Positions 60,301 to 64,000 of a stretch of 64,000 nucleotides of DNA are shown here, piece after piece. Within the stretch, counting starts at the first letter, position 1, and every line of letters starts with the position of its first letter. Both the position numbers and the translations under genes were made by a program. Source of the DNA: Thermoplasmata archaeon (GTDB lineage Archaea; Thermoplasmatota; E2; JACPAO01; JAHFTW01); contig JAXDQS010000006.1 in the NCBI GenBank assembly GCA_034667725.1, positions 28,863 to 92,862 on the forward strand, in the 5' to 3' direction. The notes beneath the pieces are model-generated. The model ran no database searches. It was given only the letters and a program-made list of their open reading frames with translations, and was not told where the DNA came from.

Positions 60301-60682
60301 CCCCCGCATCCTCGGCACCGTCGAGCAGCTCGGCAAGATGGGCTTCGAGCTGGTGGCCACCGCCGGCACCGCCGACGACCTCCGGGCCGCCGGCTTGCAG
60401 GTCACGACCGTCTACAAGGTGTCCGACGGCAAGAGCCCCGACGCCATCGACCTGATTCGCCAAGGCAAGGTCCAGCTCATCATCAACACCCCGAGCGAGC
60501 TCATGGAGGGCCCGCAGAAGCGCGACGGCTTCCAGATGCGGCGCGTGGCGGTGGAATGCCAAGTGCCGTTCCTCGCGACCATCGAGGCCGCCCAAGTGGC
60601 GGTGCAGGCCATCGCGGCGCGGCGGCGCATCGCGGGGCCGTTCGAGGTGCGGAGCTTGCAGGAATACGCAGCCGCTCGCTGA
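57377..60682 (+). CDS. carB: Carbamoyl-phosphate synthase large subunit
   Basis: MPKR...IIGSGPIQIGQAAEFDFSG, two ATP-grasp halves, GQGIEFDY, C-terminal MGS-like domain (IINTP...RDGFQMRR). Confidence 0.97.
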   Translation: MPKRGDVRKILIIGSGPIQIGQAAEFDFSGSQACRAVREEGYQVVLVNSNPATIQTDVETAEAVYVEPLTVESLTAIIAKERPDGVLAGMGGQTALNLVSELAEAGVLSKFGVKLLGTPLTAIEDAEDRDLFKKVMERIGEPVAKADVAQSIDDALRIQRDFIGRYPVLVRPAYTLGGLGGGVAHNDGELKELVAKGLAYSRIRQVLIEESLLGWLEFEYEVMRDGKDNCIIICNMENLDPMGVHTGESIVVAPSQTLSDQDHQKLRSSALKCIRALKIEGGCNVQFALQKATGDYRVIEVNPRVSRSSALASKATGYPIARVAAKIALGMTLDEIPNAITGKTVAAFEPTLDYVVTKIPRWPFDKFRTVDPRIGTQMKSTGEVMAIGRCIEESLLKAVRSLEIDADSLDPPAHWDDAKLEEAVRVATHQRLFAVAEALRRGWPVAKVHDLSGYDPFFLHKIANVLGLERKLAATPDDAALLAQAKHWGFSDSHLARLLGHGEDEAKVATFRRAHGIVPDYKMVDTCAAEFEARTPYYYTSYEPRFAGSTTDFTDATEPKVSVRSVVPAIGGKKKVLVLGSGPIRIGQGIEFDYCCVHAAWAIREEGMEAILLNNNPETVSTDFDTSDRLYFEPLTLEDVMHCIERERPDGVLVQFGGQTAINLALPLEAALAARPDLPTRIWGTQPAAIDLAEDRDKFNRLMQDLGIPQPAAGIAFEAEEAVRKAAGIGYPVLVRPSYVLGGRAMQVVHNEAELRDYIRDAVRVSRKTPVLIDRFLARAIEIDVDAVCDGKDVLVGAIMEHVEEAGVHSGDSTTVIPTQNVAPETLRTLDEYTRKIALALGTRGLINIQFAVQGRTVYVLEANPRSSRTVPYVAKATGLPLAKVAAKVAVGRTIAELNVPVRPRLKHVAVKAPVFPFLKLPGVDAVLGPEMKSTGEVMGIAMDYPTAYAKAMEAAGNRLPVEGTVFVSVAKQDRPRILGTVEQLGKMGFELVATAGTADDLRAAGLQVTTVYKVSDGKSPDAIDLIRQGKVQLIINTPSELMEGPQKRDGFQMRRVAVECQVPFLATIEAAQVAVQAIAARRRIAGPFEVRSLQEYAAAR
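59024..59076. repeat. 9-bp-periodic palindromic element inserted in frame in carB
   Basis: ACCACGGATTTCACGGAC...GTCCGTGCGATCCGTGGT; encodes TTDFTDATEPKVSVRSVV. Confidence 0.75.
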
Positions 60683-60699
60683 TTCCGACGCACCCCGAC

Positions 60700-61073
60700 G
60701 GGCCCTGATTTTCCCAGATTCGGAAGATTCCCACAGAGGGGTCTGTGGAATCTGTGTCAGGTCGGCGGCCCGCGACGAGCACTGATTCCCCCAGATTCGG
60801 AAGATTCCCACAGAGCGTCTATGGAATCTGTGTCCAGTCGGCACGCGACGGGCACCGATTTTCCCAGATTCGGAAGATTCCCACAGACGCTCTGTGGAGT
60901 TTTCTAGCTAGGCACCGCCACATCCGATGTCGGGTCTGTGGAATCTGTGTCCAGTCGGCGACCCCATGACGGGCACTGATTTTCACAGATCGGGAAGATG
61001 CCCGCAGATCTGTGGAATTTTTTGGCTAGGCCCTGCCAGGCCCAATGTCGGGGTCTGTGGAATCTGTGTCCAG
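60700..61073. repeat. Modular palindromic repeat array, copy 3
   Basis: Four GATTxxxxCAGATxGGAAGATxCCxCAGA units alternating with CT(G/A)TGGAATCTGTGTC units, between convergent genes. Confidence 0.9.
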
Positions 61074-61092
61074 AGGGCGGCGCGGTGACACT

Positions 61093-61638
61093 CTACCGCA
61101 CGAGCCGAGGCCTGTTGACGGCCTTGCGGCGCGAGAGCATGCTGAGAGGCGCGAACACCACCCATTCCAGCACCCAGAAGGCGACGATCCACGCGACGAC
61201 CAGCAGGGTGGGGATGGCCAGGAACGCGACGAGCAGCAGGCCGACGAGGGCGACCGCGAGCCCTTGCAGCACGCCGGCCCGCCAGAAGCTGCCCCAGCCT
61301 GCGCCGAAGCGCACCGCGATCCACATCAGCCAGCGGCGCAGGAAGCTCACGCCCAGCTCGCGCATGGCGCGGCGGAAGATGCCGTCGGCGTGGTGCCGGT
61401 CGAAGGTGCCCTCCTGCGACCGCTTGCAGAGATGGTCGTGCAGGATGGCCGCGCGCGTGTAGCGGCCGTAGCGCGGCACCAGCCAAGTCAGGAACCCCGG
61501 GACCGAGGCGAAGTCGGTGCGGAAGCCCTTGTCCACCACGAAGGTCTCGTCCCGGCCTTCGTAGACCAGGTCCTCCATCAATTCCCATTTCGTGTCGGTC
61601 ACCTGCTTGACGGCCAGGGTGGGGCTGCCGAAAGGCAT
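61093..61638 (-). CDS. DUF1353 family protein with C-terminal TM segments
   Basis: KGFRTDFASVP, AAILHDHLC, ADGIFRRAM...MWIAVR. Confidence 0.85.
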   Translation of the reverse strand: MPFGSPTLAVKQVTDTKWELMEDLVYEGRDETFVVDKGFRTDFASVPGFLTWLVPRYGRYTRAAILHDHLCKRSQEGTFDRHHADGIFRRAMRELGVSFLRRWLMWIAVRFGAGWGSFWRAGVLQGLAVALVGLLLVAFLAIPTLLVVAWIVAFWVLEWVVFAPLSMLSRRKAVNRPRLVR

Positions 61639-61808
61639 GGCCGCGGCCAGCCGCCGCCCCGGCAATTAATCTTACGGCGCTCGATTGTGGACAACCAAAC
61701 TGGGAACATTTCGTCGTTGCTCCTGGGTTTGGCCAAAATGGCGCGCCAAACCCGCGGCAAGCGGCGCCACGGCGAGCCTGAAGTATCGCCCCACGCTCGC
61801 CGCGCCCG

Positions 61809-62033
61809 ATGCGCAAGGAGCTGCTGGACATCGTCTGCTGCCCCGTGCACAAGACGCCCCTCGTCCTCGCCGCCACCCAGACCGACGAGGTCGGCGACGT
61901 GGTGGCCGGCACCCTGCGCTGCAAGGCCTGCCGCTTCGACTACCCCATCGAGGAGGGCATCCCCAACCTGCTGCCGCCGGAGTACCACCTGCCGCAGGTC
62001 AAGGAGAAGCAGGCCAAGGGGAAGGCGAAGTGA
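61809..62033 (+). CDS. Trm112 family methyltransferase activator
   Basis: LLDIVCCPVHK...GTLRCKACRFDYPIEEGIPNLLPP. Confidence 0.9.
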   Translation: MRKELLDIVCCPVHKTPLVLAATQTDEVGDVVAGTLRCKACRFDYPIEEGIPNLLPPEYHLPQVKEKQAKGKAK

Positions 62034-62377
62034 CCCGCGCCTGCCTGCTGGTGTCGTCCGACCTGTTGTGGCTTGGGAAGGTGCGCGCCGTGGCCGACCG
62101 CTCTGGCTGGCACGTGCTGGTGCCCGAGCGCAAGACCGACATCACCCAGATGCTGCTGGACGACGACACCAAGCTGGTCTTGGTGGACCTGCACCACCCG
62201 CGCTTCGACTTCGTCGAGACCATCCGCCTGGTGCGCGGCACCCGGTGGGACACGGAGCTGGTCTGCTTCGGCCACCACACCGACGAGGCCCGCCTGGAGG
62301 AGGCCCGCGCGACGGGGGCCCACAACGTCTGGGCCAACTCGGAGCTGGACCGGCGGCTGCCGGAGCTGAGCTCGTGA
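62030..62377 (+). CDS. Atypical receiver-like domain protein
   Basis: SSDLLWLGKV...LVLVDL...VCFGHHTD...ARATGA; GTGA overlap with the Trm112 gene. Confidence 0.65.
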   Translation: MTRACLLVSSDLLWLGKVRAVADRSGWHVLVPERKTDITQMLLDDDTKLVLVDLHHPRFDFVETIRLVRGTRWDTELVCFGHHTDEARLEEARATGAHNVWANSELDRRLPELSS

Positions 62378-62505
62378 CTGGCAAGCTCGGCCAGGATGCA
62401 CAAGCTGGCGGCGCGCGCTGCGAATCGCGGCGGCGTAGCGGCGGCGGGTGCGGAAGTTGCGGTCGGTCTTGGCGCGGTATCTCCAGCCCTTGCGGTAGTC
62501 GTTGG

Positions 62506-62739
62506 TCAAGGGCACTCGCTCTCCTGGATGTGGCGTTGCAGGACCAGGCCGGCGTAGTGCCAATACTCGGGCCAGGTCAGCGTCAGGTAGAGGCGCTGTT
62601 GTTGCAGGAGGGCGAAGTCGGGCGACCGGATGCGGGTCTTGAGGGTGCGCGGGCGGCCGTCCAGGCGTGACCGCAAGACGGCCACAAGCTCGGGGTCGCC
62701 TAGGGTCTCGGGCGACTGGGGGCGTAGCAGCTTGACCAT
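62506..62739 (-). CDS. Small hypothetical protein (WPEYWHY motif)
   Basis: 77-aa ORF; motif shared with 63026..63238. Confidence 0.55.
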   Translation of the reverse strand: MVKLLRPQSPETLGDPELVAVLRSRLDGRPRTLKTRIRSPDFALLQQQRLYLTLTWPEYWHYAGLVLQRHIQESECP

Positions 62740-62740
62740 G

Positions 62741-62935
62741 CTACGCCTCCGGGTCCATGGGGCGGGCGGCGGCGAAGCGGCCGGTGCTGACCCAGCCCCA
62801 TTGCCCGCACTTGCAAATCGTGGTGATGCCGGCGGGCTGCGGGCTGGGCAGCAGGGCGATTCTGCCGCACACGGGGCAGGTTCGTTCTACGGTGTAGCGG
62901 GGGCCTGGGTGCGGCCCGTCATGGTTGGGGACCAT
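62741..62935 (-). CDS. Small zinc-finger-like protein
   Basis: CPVCG...ICKCG; tightly packed with the downstream ORF. Confidence 0.5.
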   Translation of the reverse strand: MVPNHDGPHPGPRYTVERTCPVCGRIALLPSPQPAGITTICKCGQWGWVSTGRFAAARPMDPEA

Positions 62936-63025
62936 GCCGCCGTGTTGGGGCGGCTGGGGCGGCCCTCGTTTCCCGGGGGATGATGCCCGGGTGTCTGGTT
63001 GATAAGTCGGGTTATGAAGTGTAAA

Positions 63026-63238
63026 TCACTTCAGGCGGCCTTCTTCAAAGAGGCGCAGGACGACGTAGTGCCAATAGTCGGGCCACGCGATGCCTAGGCG
63101 GGTGTGGTCGGCCTCGAACCTGCGGCGGTCGGCGCGGCGTAGCCGGGTCTCCCACTCTTCCGCCTTCTCCGGTCGCTGTTGGGCTTTTCGGAGGAAGGCG
63201 TCAGATGCACGTCGGGGGGAGGGTCGGCCATTTGCCAA
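63026..63238 (-). CDS. Small hypothetical protein (WPDYWHY motif)
   Basis: 70-aa ORF; motif shared with 62506..62739; start uncertain. Confidence 0.5.
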   Translation of the reverse strand: MANGRPSPRRASDAFLRKAQQRPEKAEEWETRLRRADRRRFEADHTRLGIAWPDYWHYVVLRLFEEGRLK

Positions 63239-63362
63239 GGAGTCATGCTCCTATGGAAATAATAACGAGAAAGTCGGTTTGGCGCTTCTTGAGCCTTATG
63301 GCGACTCTGTTGAAGTATGGGAAACTTCCCAACGACTGGCGAACCTTCAAGTCCCTTTTATG

Positions 63363-63563
63363 CTAGGATTTACGCTTGCCTTCCTGCTCGCGCGCTTGAA
63401 CAACCGCCCAATCAAAGAAGTGGGTGTAGCCCGACCACCGCTTGCCGGCTCCGACCTGGGGGTCCAGCCAAGCCCGCGATTCCGCCGAGGGGGTGATGTT
63501 GATGTTCCGCTTCTTGTCAGTGGGCGACCGTCTGGGACGGCCCTTCTTTGCTGCGCCCGGCAC
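63363..63563 (-). CDS. Putative ribbon-helix-helix DNA-binding protein
   Basis: Basic N-terminus (KKGRPRR), strand NINITP, then two helices (ESRAWLD; YTHFFDWAV). Confidence 0.55.
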   Translation of the reverse strand: MPGAAKKGRPRRSPTDKKRNINITPSAESRAWLDPQVGAGKRWSGYTHFFDWAVVQAREQEGKRKS

Positions 63564-63708
63564 GGCCTCAGGCCAACCGTGTAGGCCGATAATCATCTGC
63601 GCGTTTCTGGACATTTGTGCCCACTTAGGCTTGCTCGCATTAGCCAAAGGGGTTATGCGGCAAATGTGCCGTCGAAGTGCGGGGCCTTAGGCCCCAGAAG
63701 GAAAAGAT

Positions 63709-64000
63709 ATGAACCTCAAGACCGCCCTGCTTGCCGTGCTGATGCTCGCGGCGACCGCCACCCCTGTCACGGTGGCCGACACTTCCGACGTGACCGCGTG
63801 CCCCGTGCTGCACCGCCTCGATGGCTTCGCCTTGACCGGCCGGCCCACCCCCAGCCTCCCGGTGAACGTCGCCACCGCTGCCGACCCTGAAGCCGCCTGC
63901 GCGGCCATCATGGGCCTGCGGGACGCCGCCACCTGCGACGGCGACGGTGCCGCCTGCGACCCGGCCTGCCTCGTGGACCTCGGACGCGGCGGCGCTGGCG
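63709..64000 (+). CDS. Secreted Cys-containing hypothetical protein (partial, runs off window end)
   Basis: Manual translation MNLKTALLAVLMLAATATPVTVADTSDVTACPVLHRLDG..., open to the end of the window. Confidence 0.55.
   Translation, partial: MNLKTALLAVLMLAATATPVTVADTSDVTACPVLHRLDGFALTGRPTPSLPVNVATAADPEAACAAIMGLRDAATCDGDGAACDPACLVDLGRGGAG

Noticed and set aside
57377-60682. Intein in carB, ppdK or the radical SAM gene
   Set aside because: Lengths are ordinary and no intein terminal motifs or LAGLIDADG blocks are seen; the carB insertion is only about 20 aa
55244-60844. 1866-aa, 1570-aa, 1455-aa and similar giant ORFs as single fusion proteins
   Set aside because: They are real genes extended by stop-free antisense or off-frame sequence in very GC-rich DNA; true starts with signal peptides or family N-termini lie internally (57175, 57377, 45458)

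Overview
Very GC-rich archaeal chromosome segment. Fibrillarin/Nop5, Sec61-beta, Trm112, archaeal-type GluRS, PGF-CTERM proteins, TATA-box promoters and many apparently leaderless GTG starts point to Archaea, most plausibly a high-GC Thermoplasmatota lineage (inference). Housekeeping genes (flpA, nop5, pyrD, ppdK, thiI, gltX, an nfo-like gene, hxlB, hbd, carA, carB, ABC and ECF transporters) are interleaved with two blocks of surface-protein genes. The first (21.5-28.4 kb) has three paralogues built from a ~70-aa Dx(N/D)xxG / GTxVxxGDxD repeat, including a probable S-layer protein. The second (43.3-57.2 kb) has six membrane-anchored proteins combining H(F/Y)RGG 'Sib-like' domains, PKD domains, thrombospondin type-3 repeats and a 7-bladed FG-GAP propeller. 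Non-coding structure is rich: three modular arrays of a 9-bp-periodic palindromic repeat, a relative of it inserted in frame in carB, two MITE-like elements ending on CTAG at TAG stop codons, and two cases (carB, hbd) where a duplicated promoter or gene start forms a mini-ORF coupled to the real gene. A putative protein-regulated B12 ECF module lies at 39.8-43.3 kb. The last ~1.6 kb looks like the edge of an integrated mobile element. No tRNA, rRNA or CRISPR array was seen. All family assignments come from motif recognition by eye, not database searches, and many start codons were re-chosen from the ORF track.
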